A stretch of DNA of 56,367 nucleotides, filler included, from Sphacelaria rigidula (taxonomy: Eukaryota), in assembly GCA_964200075.2 (NCBI GenBank). It is 5 parts of 5 records of this genome, joined end to end, with 100 filler letters (N's around TTAATTAATTAA, not from the genome) between each part and the next. Parts side by side here need not be neighbours in the genome. Positions count along the whole stretch, not along the records: positions 11,296 to 22,489 come from CAXNAA020005261.1; positions 22,590 to 33,782 come from CAXNAA020005262.1; 3 more parts are not named here. The stretch is one strand, 5' to 3'. Both the position numbers and the translations under genes were made by a program. Positions 11,910 to 24,773 of the stretch are shown in pieces (position 1 is the stretch's first letter; each line of letters opens with the position of its first letter). The notes beneath the pieces are model-generated. The model had not been told where the DNA came from and did not search any database. It saw only the letters and a program-made list of their open reading frames with translations.

Positions 11910-14900
11910 CTGTCGTTTTCAGGGGAGGGGAGGTGAATATGGGAAGCGAGGAGGCGGTACGGTCCGGTTGCTGGAGGGTGGACTTGCAGGGTCGTTGTTC
12001 TTGCTCGTGATTGCCATCAACCCATCACCCCCAGCAAAAAAGATAGTCGACCGAACGCGGGGCCGAACAATCAAAAGAACAGTCGAGAGGAGCGTTCTTC
12101 TGGGTGATGCACCATTACTCGATTTGGCGAGATCAACGGAAGCTGTACGGAAAGCATGGGACATTCAAAACCGAAAACCTCCATGACGAGAAGATATATA
12201 TTTGAATATATATATATATATTGAATCGGTCACGGCAGTTGCTTCTTCACATCAGAATCCCGCTCCGAGAGTTATCGGAATGTCCGCGTCGAAGGGAATT
12301 CAACAAGGACGGAGGACGTTTCGCGAGTAAGCGAGGGGCTGTAACCGAACACTACACACAGTGAACCCGCCCGATCGATTTTCAAATTCAAACCGCTCAG
12401 CGTCTCGTGACCTCGACAACAAGCGCAAACAAGAGCCGACACAACTCAAACTACGATGGGGGAGAACGACACAGCCTGAGTTCATCATCACTCCGCAGTA
12501 TCGGCCGCTGAGGGGCAACGAGGACCCAATCAAACACAGATTTCCTATCGACATTTTTTAGGATGAGGATCCAGCCTCGCCCATTCCCAACGCACGACTT
12601 CGAGACGCACCTCAGCTATGGCCGTGGTGTTGGCCACCATGCACACAGCACGCTGGACGCGGGCGAGGTCGCCTCCGGGCACGGCGGTCGGCGGCTGGTA
12701 GTTGATACCGCACTTGAAGCCCGTGGGGCACCAGTCGACAAACTGGATGGTGCGCTTGGTTTTGATGGTGGCCACCGCGGCGTTCACGTCTTTGGGTACG
12801 ACGTCCCCGCGGTACATCAGGCAACAGGCCATGTACTTGCCGTGGCGGGGATCGCACTTCGTCATCATCCCTGCATTGTTCAATACGACAGTGCAGACAT
12901 TCGTCGTGATTACGAGGTGGGATGTGTGGGACGGGGAGGCCGAGGGACGAGGCGATATAACAAATATCAAAATGTGAGAGCTTCACGTAAGTGGTTCCTG
13001 GAAGCGCGACGTGTAACTGTCGCTGTGGGAACCGATGCGAACTGGGACATCCACGAGCTGAAGACACGCAGTTTGCCCAGAGGACGGCGACGCCGGGGGA
13101 CATTTGCGTTCTCGTCAGCCTCCATGCACTTTTGTGGCAAGTTCTCGTGGTGGATCTGTAGTTACCATACTTCCAAAATTGTCACGAATACGGTCGGAGT
13201 CGAGTTTCCGATCACAAAGAGAGCGAGTGCATCGAACCGTGTCATACCTGCGGGCTCGAAGACCGAGTTGGTGATCTGGGCGACGGAGAGCTGCTCGTGG
13301 TAAGCCTTCTCCGCGGAGATGATGGGCGCGTAAGACGTGAGCATGAAGTGGATGCGGGGGTAGGGCACCAGGTTGGTCTGGAACTCGGTTACGTCCACGT
13401 TCAAGGCGCCATCGAAGCGGAGGGAGGCTGTGAGGGACGAGATCACTTGGGCCACGAGACGATTGAGGTTGGTGTAGGTGGGGCGCTCGACGCCGAGGTT
13501 GCGGCGGCACACATCGTAGAGAGCCTCGTTGTCGAGGCAGAAGGTGCAGTCCGTGTGCTCAAGTAGGGCGTGGGTGGAGAGCACCGAGTTGTATGGTTCT
13601 ACCACAGCGGTAGCCACCTAGTGAAACGAACGGAAATGGAGCGAAGGGTGGGTGGAGCGGGTGAAGGTGAGACTGGACCAACATGCACATGAAATTCCAA
13701 ATTAGTTCAGTTTACGACAACATGCGACTGCGTCTGTTGCACCGAGTGTAGTGACATTGACGAATTTACGAGGCGTCTTTCCATGGGTGCGGGGTGAAAC
13801 ACACACGTTGAAGTTGAGGGTCCTCTTTTTTTAGTCCGTGTTTGTTTTCATAAAAAAAAAAGTGAAGCTACTTCATCTCGTGGGTCGTACTTTTCGATAA
13901 ATTGATGCAGAGTGAGCGTAGACTTGGGCTCATAATCAATGACTCACCGGCTCGCACTAGCGCACAGATGCGTGCCGAACCCCACACGGTGAGCGTTCCC
14001 AACATGGAAGCAGACTGACTGGAGGCATCCATCTTGTCGTGTGCACTCGATTTCTTATCTCCAGCTACCAGTAACGTGTAGGTTAATATGAATTGGGGCG
14101 GGCAGTACTGACAATGCACCCGAACGACCATGAATGAGATTGACTTCACCATTTAGGACCTAACGTCCACTTCTCAACCCTAATTCTGCAAAGGTTTTTC
14201 GATCTTGCCACATGGGCATCGACAATCCGAAGTCTAAACTCGAATCTCAAGGGAATGATCGGCATACAGATTGAAGCCGGGTGTGTCCACCCTACAACCT
14301 CACCCCCCCTCCTCTCCCTCCCCTTCCGTCCTCTGTTTTTTGTTTCACCTGCGGCGCAGGAGTAATAGCAAACGAAAGCTTGGACTTGCGTCCGTAGTCC
14401 ACAGATAGGCGCTCCAAAAGGAGGGCCCCCAGACCAGACCCGGTCCCGCCGCCGGTAGCGTGAAACACCAGAAAGCCCTGGAGTCCGGTGCAACTGTCGG
14501 CCAACTTACGGATACGGTCGAGCACGCTGTCCGCAATTTCCTTGCCGATGGTGTAGTGTCCGCGCGCGTAGTTGTTGGCGGCGTCTTCCTTGCCTGAGAT
14601 GATCTGCTCTGGGTGGTAAAGCTGTCGGTAGGCGCCGGTACGGACCTCGTCGCATACCGTGGGCTCCAGATCCACGTACACGGCGCGGGGTACATGCTTA
14701 CCAGACGCTGATGATGAATTTCCAACCGTAGGTTATTGAGTGACGCGTGCGCGCGGGGGGGGGGGTTCATAGGAAAGCGGATCAGAAAAGAACGGAGAAC
14801 GTCACAAGTTGTCAGGTGACTGTTTTCGAGGGTATTGTAAGACCGTGCCCCCAGGGCGCGGGACCGACAGCGGAGGCCTGCGGGAGACGATTGTGATGGC

Positions 14901-17900
14901 AGTTCCAACTGTCGCTGTACCGCCCGTATATCTTCAGCGAGATGAACTCCCTCATTGGCATCGATACGGTTCACGTTATAACAATATCTGGATTATTTCG
15001 AGCCAGTACTATACAGCTGAGACGACGATGCCGTCCTGTATTGGCGGGTCACGTATCAGAAAATGGATTCCGCTCTCCAATGCCGACCATTACGTGGGCT
15101 CGACCCGCTGGGGTTATCGGAGAGGTTCGTTTTTGGTGGTCGAGCGTTTTGTTGTGCGAGGATGTCGACCAATATCGCCAACCTTCTGGCGAGTTTATGG
15201 AATAATATACGCTGACACGGCACGCATGTGAAACTCACTGGAAAAGTTTGACAGAGGAACACCTTGGAACGGCAGTCAGTACATAACCCACCGTAACTCG
15301 CGTTGTACTTTCACGAGGGATATTTGAAACGGGTTTGATGCCGGACATGAACTCACTCAGAATTCGTTGTCGGCCTTGGCCTACGCTACGGCGACATTCT
15401 CTTGCTCGTGATAGGAAGGAATAGCCAGGCAAAAAAAGGAGTACACCAGATCGTATCGATATCAAAAGGGGTTCTGTATAGTTGTACGTCTGGATGGTCA
15501 GGTTAAGGCTTGATTGCGACTGGTGAACAGGTAAAGGGTGAAATACCACCACCTTAACCACTGTTCACGGAGGACAACCTATTTGGGACACGATAATAGC
15601 ACGGTTCCTCATGCAATATGTGGAGAGTGAGAAAAATATTTCAAGGACAGCCGCTGCCCATTGTGCATCTGTTCGATTTAGTCGAGAGTACTCTTTCGTC
15701 GCTGATCACAATGACCATGTGCAGTACTTGACGTTCGAGGATAATTAACAGGATTGACCATATGCTTTCAGATAATCCCGTACAAGATTGATCATACTGT
15801 AGCTCTAGACACGGAGCACCCATCTGCAGTACGGTGGTGATAAGGGACGAATAACGAGGAGGGCTGCCCGACAATTGCCCTGTATTCTTGGCATCAGGAG
15901 GTATTGAACACCGGAGTCATCTTCTGTTCCGTTTACCATGTTGTGTACATTGGTGCAGGAGTTCGCTTCGGAAGCAATGTCACAAACGTGGGGAGGAGCG
16001 GGGGGGGGGAAGGGCGACACCTGCTGCAGTCACATGCACAACTTCTTAACGTCGTGAGTCATTGTGCCAATGTTTTTTCGGCAGCTTGCGTGTCACCACA
16101 CCTGCATCATACCGATGGCATGTGCAGGCGCTGGCCCGATATAGCAGCACCTAGTGACAAGGAGAGCTCGTTTGCGGCTTTTCAGCGGCATTCCGCTATA
16201 TCTGATGAAGGCGCCACATGTGATCAACACGAGTACTTCTGAAGACGAGATTCCCTCAATATATAGCCATGCTTCCCCTATATTGTTGCGTGATAAATGC
16301 GGTTTTGAGAAATGCCATGGGTACACTACGCCTTTGAGAGAAAGGATGTTGCCATGACAAAACTCAACCGTGCGTATGGTTTTCCTGGTGCGACCAGTTC
16401 ACGAACATCGCACACTTCAAACTGCCGTCCTGCACACGGCCGAAGTCTGATACAGCGGTCGTGTGCCGCTATATCGGGCCCGTGTCAAGGTCGCATTTCG
16501 CGCGCGCGCGTGGGTAACGCTCTAGACTACAGTACCTGCACCGCCAAAACAAAAAGCAGGCGGGAATTCGGATTTTCCCGTTGAACGAAGCGGGTGCACA
16601 CGGTATCGGTTTTTCGACACCTTAAAACCTTGCAGTGACCTGATTACATTTGTCCGGCTGCGACCCGTGCAGATAAAAACACGAATGACTGAAAGATGAG
16701 GGCGTGCGCGCGAGTGTCTAACCAACGCGCCGCGTACCCGTCCCCATCAGATGCTGCATCGAAAACAGAACAGAACGTTGACCCCGCGATAGTTCCCTTT
16801 GAAAAACAAAAGTTCGCGAAAAAGAATATGTAACGGGTCATACCCAACATTGCATACAAGATTCTTCTAAAACGGGAGAGATAGATCCTTGTAGCCACCA
16901 CAACGTTGCACAACCCAAGCCGCGCTGAGTGCGGACCAGTTTCCATTGCGTAGTGCGGCGCATGCGAAGGTGTAGTTGGGAGAACTTGAGCAGTAGTGTC
17001 CACCACAACACTGCACCGGAACAAAGTTTGGATGTTTGCCAAGTACAGCCGTCGCCGGTAGATATGAAGGGGTGAAACATTGAAACATTTTCCCACACGA
17101 GAGTACATGATTATTTTTGCGGAGTCTCTCTGTCCTCACTGACCAGTTTCCGAGAAGAACGTGTTGAAAGCGTCGTCTCCTCCACCGCCACCGGCGCTCG
17201 TGTCGGAGGACACACGGCCATCGGGCTGAATACCGTGCTCGAGGCAGTACAGCTCCCAGCAAGCGTTGCCTGTCAATATTGAGGGTACAGTGTAGCAGCA
17301 CAACACAGCGCAGGTCGGACAGTAACGGTACTTATTCAGCACTACAACTGAGGGCGGTTCCACGGATGAGCAATCACGCATTTACTGCGTTCATTTATAG
17401 TCCTTGTATAGAGCCGTAGCATCAACTACTGTAGTGTGACTACATCCAGTTCTTGTCGAATTCAATTTTGAGTACTCGCACAGTACACCTAATCGGCCAG
17501 GCGGGGCGGAGTGTTTAGCAAAAACTACAGTAACAACAATTTTCATGACCATCAAAATTTCCGACTCTTCCCGTCGTGTTTATGACCCTGACTCAAGCGG
17601 TGGGTGCCTGTAGGTTGTAGTTTGTACCCATCTGCATATCTTGAAAAAACAGAACAGCAAAGTACAGCCAGTGTTCTTCTGCTGGTGTCGCCGTTTGGAT
17701 GTTCGGATGGGTGGCAGCTATAGGAGTATTACAGGTACAGATCGGCCACGTGATGAAACACATGGAGTGATTCACAGGACCCAGATGTAGATATAGCAGA
17801 ACCACAATCTGATACTCGCACGTTTCCCTCGATAGCGCTTCGATGTCACACACAACAAAAAAGTGCTGAAGGGCTTATCTCCTATAGACATGCGACCTGA

Positions 17901-18351
17901 TGTATCATGTCGCGTGGGTATATAGATATGCTTGATACACCCCGGCGCGGACTTCCACAGCCCGTTCTACGTAGTACGCGTGTCATCTTGTAGGAGAAGC
18001 ATGGGTACCGAAGCTGGCCTTCCATTTCGTATTGCAACGCATCATCTCTCGATCCGGATGCGTTCAACAAGCCGTCGACAGCAAAGAATCGGCATACAGT
18101 CTTTGACGATCACCCGCCACGATGCCTTCTTCTTGCACAGAGTAGACATTATCCTGCGATGGACTGATCAGCCGATTTCCCCAATGAACTGGGTATACTA
18201 ACGGACGCACATGACTGATCCGTTCATCACTTCAGTACAAGTATCATCACGTGAGGACGGTACAACAGTATACGCGGTAAAGATTTGCGATTTTCTTCTC
18301 ACCGGTTTGGATGCCAGCCTGGCCGACGTGTACAGAGATGCACTCCCGCAT
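11709..18351 (-). CDS. TUBA: Alpha-tubulin, complete 6-exon gene (454 aa)
   Basis: Exons 18351-18303, 17269-17144, 14707-14349, 13617-13248, 12870-12611, 11909-11709. All introns GT-AG with compatible phases; total 1365 nt. Motifs [33 protein letters not shown] and C-terminal GEEY*. Confidence 0.97.
12611..12870 (-). CDS. TUBA: Alpha-tubulin exon 5
   Basis: [16 protein letters not shown]...NTTAIAE; tgcag| and |gtgcgt. Confidence 0.95.
13248..13617 (-). CDS. TUBA: Alpha-tubulin exon 4
   Basis: [11 protein letters not shown]...SVFEPA; tag| and |gtatga. Confidence 0.95.
14349..14707 (-). CDS. TUBA: Alpha-tubulin exon 3
   Basis: [17 protein letters not shown]...GGGTGSG...PAPQ; atcag| and |gtgaaa. 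Confidence 0.95.
17144..17269 (-). CDS. TUBA: Alpha-tubulin exon 2
   Basis: [41 protein letters not shown]; gacag| and |gtcagt. Confidence 0.95.
18303..18351 (-). CDS. TUBA: Alpha-tubulin exon 1
   Basis: ATG CGG GAG TGC ATC...: [16 protein letters not shown]; |gtgaga donor. Confidence 0.95.
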
Positions 18352-18424
18352 GATTTGCGTCTATAACCCGTTGAAGGGGTATATTAAAAGGCTGCAGCTT
18401 CTGCCGCTGGTGTTGGTGTTAGTG

Positions 18425-18446
18425 TTGATGATGATGATGATGATGA

Positions 18447-18490
<44 letters not shown>
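18425..18490. repeat. Compound microsatellite (TGA)n(TTG)n just upstream of the tubulin ATG
   Basis: Directly visible in the sequence. Confidence 0.95.
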
Positions 18491-18491
<1 letters not shown>

Positions 18492-20206
18492 GAGAGATAC
18501 AGGCGAGTCGTCACTCGATGTGACGACAAGTCTGCAAATGTTGTGAGACAAGGGGGCGATGTGTTTGTGTTTGACTCCAAATCCAAAGAAGAACGGGCGG
18601 CGTAACTCCCGATGGAGGCGTGGTTTGTAACCGCCACTTGCACGTAGTCTATTGTAAGCTGTAAGTCTCGTCCGTTGGTCGATCTGCGACCTGCGGCGGA
18701 TCTGAACCCTACCGCACAAACATTCCGCACACTGGCGTCAGGTGTTGTTGATCCTTATTTAATGTAAACAGCAAAATAAATACGAAAGTAAAGGATACCG
18801 CGAAAAGTCGGGGAAGTGCAGTAGTACAGCACTACACCATTCTAAGTTTTCACCTGCATCTGAATGCGGATGTGTACAGTATCCTATATCGTGACTATAT
18901 TGTGATATACAACCGACACTACCCTATCCACATCCTTCAGCGACCCGAACGGTCTGCAGACGGACGAAACATACTGGCTGTTATTAGTGTCATATACGCG
19001 CGCTGGGTACAAGAAAAGTAGGGTAGGGGGGGGGGGGGGGGAGGGGAGAGGCCGCACTCCTCGTGACGTTAATTTTGTCTTGGCTTTGACCCCCCCCCAC
19101 CCCATTCGTAGTAGCCGTGTTGTAAAGCATTTCATCGTGCAGTATAATATACCGAACCTCTACACAGATAAATGTGGGCAAATTGCACATTTCCCGCCAG
19201 TTCCGCAGCGAGTCAACGGAATGTGCGAAAAGTAATGAGTCCCCAACACCGCATGAAGGACCGACTCTGCCCCATTGTGCTAGCAAGGTACGATACTGTA
19301 TTCAGTATTATCCATTCAAAAGAACCGACCCGCGGGTTACAACGGTATAGTGTGGTACTCACGCCGGGGCCAGTTCTTTCGTGCGTACTGTTGTTTTACT
19401 TGCGGCACAACTGTTTACATACGCCTATATTGCCAAGGAAACAGCGCGCTACAAGCTGCGCTGTCCTCGCGACCACCAACGCTTCGAGTAGACCACTGTC
19501 GAGGGGAAAGGTGAATCATCGAATGAGTACCCAAACAATCAGAATACAAAAACTGTCACTACTGTTGCGAAATTCCAGGAATTATACTTGGAGAAACTAA
19601 TATATCGTATTGATGGCTGGTGGGTATATAGCATATATGTACATACCCCCGAGAGGATCGTGTACACGATGAAATTTCGAATGATTGTAGTGGTAGTGGT
19701 GAAGTTGGGATGGCCCGAAGAGAACAGCTGACCCCATCAGGGACGACAGGTTGGGAGGACTCCAGTGGGAAATGGTTCAGTGGGCTGCCCAGCGGATGCT
19801 ATACCCCCGAAATGAGAGTTACTTTCAGGTAATGACACCCCATCATACGTACTACAATGGAACTGCCTACTTTTCTTGCGCCCTGGTATGATTAGGTGTC
19901 CGCACTGACCACTGAAAAACTGTCCATTCACGAAAGTTGTAACCCCCTGTTACTGGCTGGCACCACCGTAGCAACGTCGCACTATACCTGTGCGGCTATA
20001 CCGTTATACTACAATAATAATAACTGTCTGCTTTTCTTGGGTTCTATTGGCACCCATGCACTGTTATCCTGCTTCCGTTTGTTCGACATGGCGAGTGTAA
20101 ATGGCGAAATGGTTCACGAATGTGTTCCTATGTTTTGTATCCCCGTGATTGGACTGTCACCTACTACGATACAACTACCATTAATTCTACAACACCGACT
20201 CGATGA

Positions 20207-20703
20207 CACCCGAAAATGAATCGTACGAAAATGGAATATTTTTACGAACGAATGCATGTCTATTTTGTACGATTGAAGCGAAAAGGGGAAGGTTGACCCG
20301 TGTTGAAATATTATTCTGTGTGGAGAAGACTATATTTTAACGGTAGCCCCCCCCCCCCAAATCATGCGCAGCTCAAATTGTCACGAAGAAGATCATCATA
20401 CATACGCAGCACATGCTGTTTGGTATCAGGCTGCATGAAGCGCCTCATATGGGCGACATTATGATAATAATAGCGAAAATGGTCCTAAGCGTTGTACCCG
20501 GCTTCTTCACTTCGATTTACGTTTAGATTTTGCCTCCTCAAACCAGCCACTTTGTGTGGGGGGAGGCGTAAAATTAGTCGGGAACGGCAAGATTTGTTCC
20601 GGAGAGGGTATGTAGCGGCCATGTGACTTGAATCTCGGGGAGAAAACACCTTGAAAAGGGTGCTCAAGTATCTCATTTTCGCGTACGATTCATTTCCGGG
20701 CGG
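20207..20703. mobile_element. Putative TIR element containing a nested MITE-D copy
   Basis: cccgaaaatgaatcgtacgaaaatg at ~20209 is inverted relative to cattttcgcgtacgattcatttccggg at ~20674-20700. MITE-D-like sequence lies between them. Confidence 0.5.
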
Positions 20704-22489
20704 CATGATGAGTCTATTATACTATAATTAAAATAGCTCTATAACACGTGGTCCTACATTATATCAGAAATATACTGGCTTGGTGCTTTACAAAATACAA
20801 TTCTGTGAAAATATATGGGAAAATATTGGCCCTATCTCATCTTGTTGCTGCGCATTTGATGATGAATGATCCTCCGGCCCCCTTCCCCTTTGTTCGAGAG
20901 GTGAAAATGATATAGTACGACGATGAGTGAGTAACATGATGAAGCGAACAGAAGCAGACGGGTTCTCCCGGCCCCACTAAGCAATAAGCTGTCTTACTAT
21001 TTCGCCCTGCAGTCTCCACCCCCTGCCATATCCGCTCCGCTGCTACACGCAACGAACGCGGCCTCGATCAACAAGAAGAGAGGGGTTACTGATGATCGAG
21101 AGTTGTTTTATATGTGTTGAATTGCGAGAGAAAATGCGATGTTGTTGTCGATAATAATACTAGTACAATTATACGTGTATATTACTAAATGTCGATGAAA
21201 CGCGTTCAACATAATCTTGTGTATAATAATAATGTGTGCCAATTCTTAGCGTGCGATGCCGTCTGAAACCCGCAGAAAAATCGGAATGATAATATGGTCG
21301 CCCGGCATCACATATATAATATGTTATATATGAATGTATCCCACGTTTCCACTTAGATAATAATTATATTCTATAATAATAATATATGGGATGACAAGAC
21401 ACAACACACACAACAGTGTTCAAAATAAGTGAGTATTGCATATTTCAATCGTTGTTTCTATTTACTTCTAAATTCTACATTTGGTTTTGAGAATTAAAAA
21501 CTGGCACCATCCAGTCACCGTCTGTCTGAAACCAGTGACAATATTATGCCGATTCGTATAACACGCACATCATTATTACACTTCGATCAAGATGTAAGGT
21601 GTATATATATATACTATGTATGCATTATGATGAAAAAAATATGAGATCAAACTAACTGATCAGGAAACGCCACAACAAAGTAGTCGCGGCGGGCATCTCA
21701 GACCATCTCAGACAGTTACTCATACATATATAAATATGTGTTGCACGCACGCGGGCTGAAACAGGCGGCCTGGCCAAATAATATTCAGAATATCATTCAT
21801 TCGTCCATTCATCATTTTTTATTTTCCATCTGCCGGTCATGAACTGACGTTCTCCCAAGTGTTTCACCTGCTGTTTTTTCACCTTCTTCAATCAGCGGCC
21901 TGCTGGGATGATGAATTGTTTTGTGTCAGTGGGTCTCACCCAAGCAACGCGCGTTATATGAAGCCCCGCGTCAATACTGACACTGCGCGCAATTTGCCGC
22001 TATGAACACTAGTATTATTGTAAACAAATAAGTAAATGTACATGCAATGTACGGGCTGGGTAATTCGGCAATCTGTTGCTGATTTGAACAAACAGTATGC
22101 TCACTAATAACCCATTCGGTATTTTTTCATAATATATTTCTCGTCACTTTTCGCCGAAAAAATTGAAACTTTCTCCCGATTTTTTCTCCGAGCAAAATTG
22201 CTTGAAATGATTCGACATTACGTTTTCGGAGAAAGATATGGTCAGTATTGAATCGATCTATTAGGCCCCTTAGCTATTGTCGCTCTCTTATCGACACTGT
22301 CTTTTTCGGGGATTTCGAAATTTTTTCAGACTTCTCGGATTCTACGTTCAGACTTCTCTAAACACGAAGCGGCTTGGATTTTTCTCCGAAGCTTATTTTT
22401 TTTAGGAATCTGAAAAATTCGGACTGGAAACAGCCGATCATCTATGTTGAGGATGGTGCTTTTCATTGAGGATGAGAACCCGGAGGATT

Positions 22490-22589
22490 NNNNNNNNNNN
22501 NNNNNNNNNNNNNNNNNNNNNNNNNNNNNNNNNTTAATTAATTAANNNNNNNNNNNNNNNNNNNNNNNNNNNNNNNNNNNNNNNNNNNN
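22490..22589. other. Artificial scaffold linker
   Basis: N44-TTAATTAATTAA-N44. Confidence 0.98.
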
Positions 22590-22772
22590 AGAACGTGAGT
22601 AAACAAGATAGTCGGCTGGGTTTGTGTGACGTGAGTTGACGCGGTGCGGGAGTGCTGGCCCAATCCGCGAGACCAAACTGAAAGGCACGTACCGGGGGAG
22701 AGATGGGTTGAGACCACGGACTCATCCCGAGGAAGGGGAGGGGTTCAAAGTGCGACAAATAAAAATACAGAA

Positions 22773-23132
22773 GCCGGTCGCCCCGGTGACTGAGTTGATA
22801 ACCTCGAAACCTTTTGACGGTCGGGTCGTGGGTTCAAATCTCGGAGCGAACTGGGATTTTTTCCCACACCATGCCCAACAGTGGATAGCAACTACGTCGT
22901 GGGTACACAACATTCGACCCAACGGTCGACGAGGAAGAGGGACTGCTAAATCCCTCTCGCGATGAAAAATGAAGGCAAGCACTGCAGAAGTAAGGTGAAG
23001 TACTAAAGCCAACCAAAAAGGAATAAACCCCTGTGTTGACGTTCCTCTTGTGTGACCCCGGCTGATGCGCCCACATATACCGAAAGGTGTAGACCGGCGT
23101 CTAGAATAGATGGGACGACAACACACAACACA
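22773..23132 (+). mobile_element. tRNA-derived SINE, full length
   Basis: Degenerate A box (tgactgagttg), B box (ggttcaaatctc), conserved body, 3' GAAA hairpin and (AC)n tail. Confidence 0.88.
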
Positions 23133-23142
23133 TACATAGAGG

Positions 23143-23420
23143 TGATTTCCTCCCGTTGATTGATTTTTCGGACTCCAGTTCGTAGGGCAGTGTTTTTTGG
23201 CTAGCTGTGAAAAAACCAGATCAATCCTCCGATTCTCTGGACGTTGACTTCTGGTTCATTACCTTTCGGCTCAGATGCGGGAGTGTCATGAAAAACGAAA
23301 CATTGCCCAACGGACGGGGGTCTGGAAAATCAATCCATGGGAGAAAACCGCCTGTAGACAGGTTGAAATCCTCATATTTGTACAAATACGGATTGATTCC
23401 CATAAAAAATGGTCTGAAGA
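23143..23420. mobile_element. Foldback/MITE-like repeat J
   Basis: Inverted arms at ~23143-23197 and ~23297-23350; related copy at ~35790-36000. Confidence 0.6.
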
Positions 23421-24264
23421 TTCGAATGCCGATGTTCACACTATAATCACATCAGAATCTTCGGCGAAAGTTATTATACTACCGAGGGCTGATATCTACC
23501 GTGGGCGAGGGGGGGTAACTATGACCTAGGCAAGGTGTGTCTTGGCACCAGAGACTTGTCAGCCCTCGAATTAGGGGGTGCGCACAAACTTCCCGATTTC
23601 AATTATACATGGAGGCCAACATAGAATCCATCACCCCGTCAAAACTCTTCCTAGTTTACAGTTGCATAGCGGGTGAGTATATTGTGCATGAAACGAATTC
23701 ATTTTTGGGGTCGAAATACTTGTGTATACAGTAGTGGGGTTACTGGGGAATGTAATCGATCATTTGGACCGTTCGTCCGCCACAAAAAAAAGTCACACCA
23801 CTCCACACACCGTTACACCCTTGGCCGCGAGGTTAGTCCGTTTGGATCATTCACACTTTTTTTCAAGTGAAATTGAAGTCGAGTCAACAACCGACCTATG
23901 CTCACCGTCAAAGGGTTGAGTAATTTTTCATGATACTTTTTATCTTCAAGTCGGAATGGTCGCCGGCAGCATCGGCTCTCACATCTATCAACATCTCTTT
24001 TTTTTTCATCATGTCGCGTCTATCTTGATTTCTCCGGATCTTGTTTTATTTTATTTTTTGTATTTCCTCACGCCCTAGTTTCGGTAGTTAGGCCGTGGCC
24101 ACGGAAGGCGTCCGCATCAGATGATGACCAATACACGGAAGTTCGAAGGTACTGCACGAGGATTGGAACTTCCTCTTTTCTTCATAGACACCAAGTCCGA
24201 GTTGTGTTGGACAAAAAGGCGAAACAGACAAGACAGTAGAACACACTGATATGCACACACTCAC

Positions 24265-24610
24265 GCGATCGCCCCGGTGGCTCAGTTGGTGACCCTACAA
24301 ACTTCTGACGGTTGGGTCGTGGGTTCGAATCTCGGAGCGACCTAGGACTTTCTCTCACATAATACCCAACAGTGGAGCGCGGCTATGTCGTGGGTACACA
24401 AGATTCTACTCAACGGTTGACGAGGGAAAGGGGCAACTAAAACCCTCTCGCGATAAAAAATAAAGGCAAGCACCGCAGAAGGAAGATGGAGTACTAGAAA
24501 CCAAGAAAGAAGAAAAAGCTCTTGATTGCCTCCCTCCAGTGTGACCCCGGCTGGTGCGCCCACATATACCGAAAGGTGTAGACCGGCGTCCAGAATAGAT
24601 GGGACGACAA
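24265..24610 (+). mobile_element. tRNA-derived SINE, full length, with 11-bp TSD
   Basis: A box tggctcagttgg, B box ggttcgaatctc. TSD cacacactcac at 24254-24264 and 24611-24621. Confidence 0.92.
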
Positions 24611-24621
24611 CACACACTCAC

Positions 24622-24773
24622 TTGTTGGAAGGATCAGTAGACAAGTAGACGCTGAAATGATTGTTGAGCTCCGGGTGGTCCCTCGCCAAGATATCCAAAA
24701 TGGTCGGTTTGGTCACCATGGCTAGCCCTTCGAAGCCTAGTCCGGCGATACCATCCATCATGAACGTGCGGAT
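24622..24773 (-). CDS. Aspartic protease exon (DGIAGLGF...FSVYL)
   Basis: tttccag| acceptor, |gtgagt donor. Confidence 0.9.

Noticed and set aside
12563-13566. Long plus-strand ORFs
   Set aside because: Antisense shadows of GC-rich tubulin exons; the same applies to minus-strand ORFs over the helicase.
479-18351. Microtubule gene cluster (CLASP-like plus alpha-tubulin)
   Set aside because: The genes are on different scaffolds separated by an artificial linker.
18311-18730. Poly-M/L, poly-T/S and poly-Q/H ORFs
   Set aside because: These are translations of the microsatellite.
23050-23105. Hammerhead ribozyme in the SINE tail (ctgatg...gaaa)
   Set aside because: The core needs CUGANGA, but copies read ctgatgc or ctggtgc, and the GAAA is a hairpin tetraloop.
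24265-24340. Functional tRNA gene
   Set aside because: A/B boxes are present, but there is no proper acceptor stem or terminator and it is fused to a repeated SINE body.
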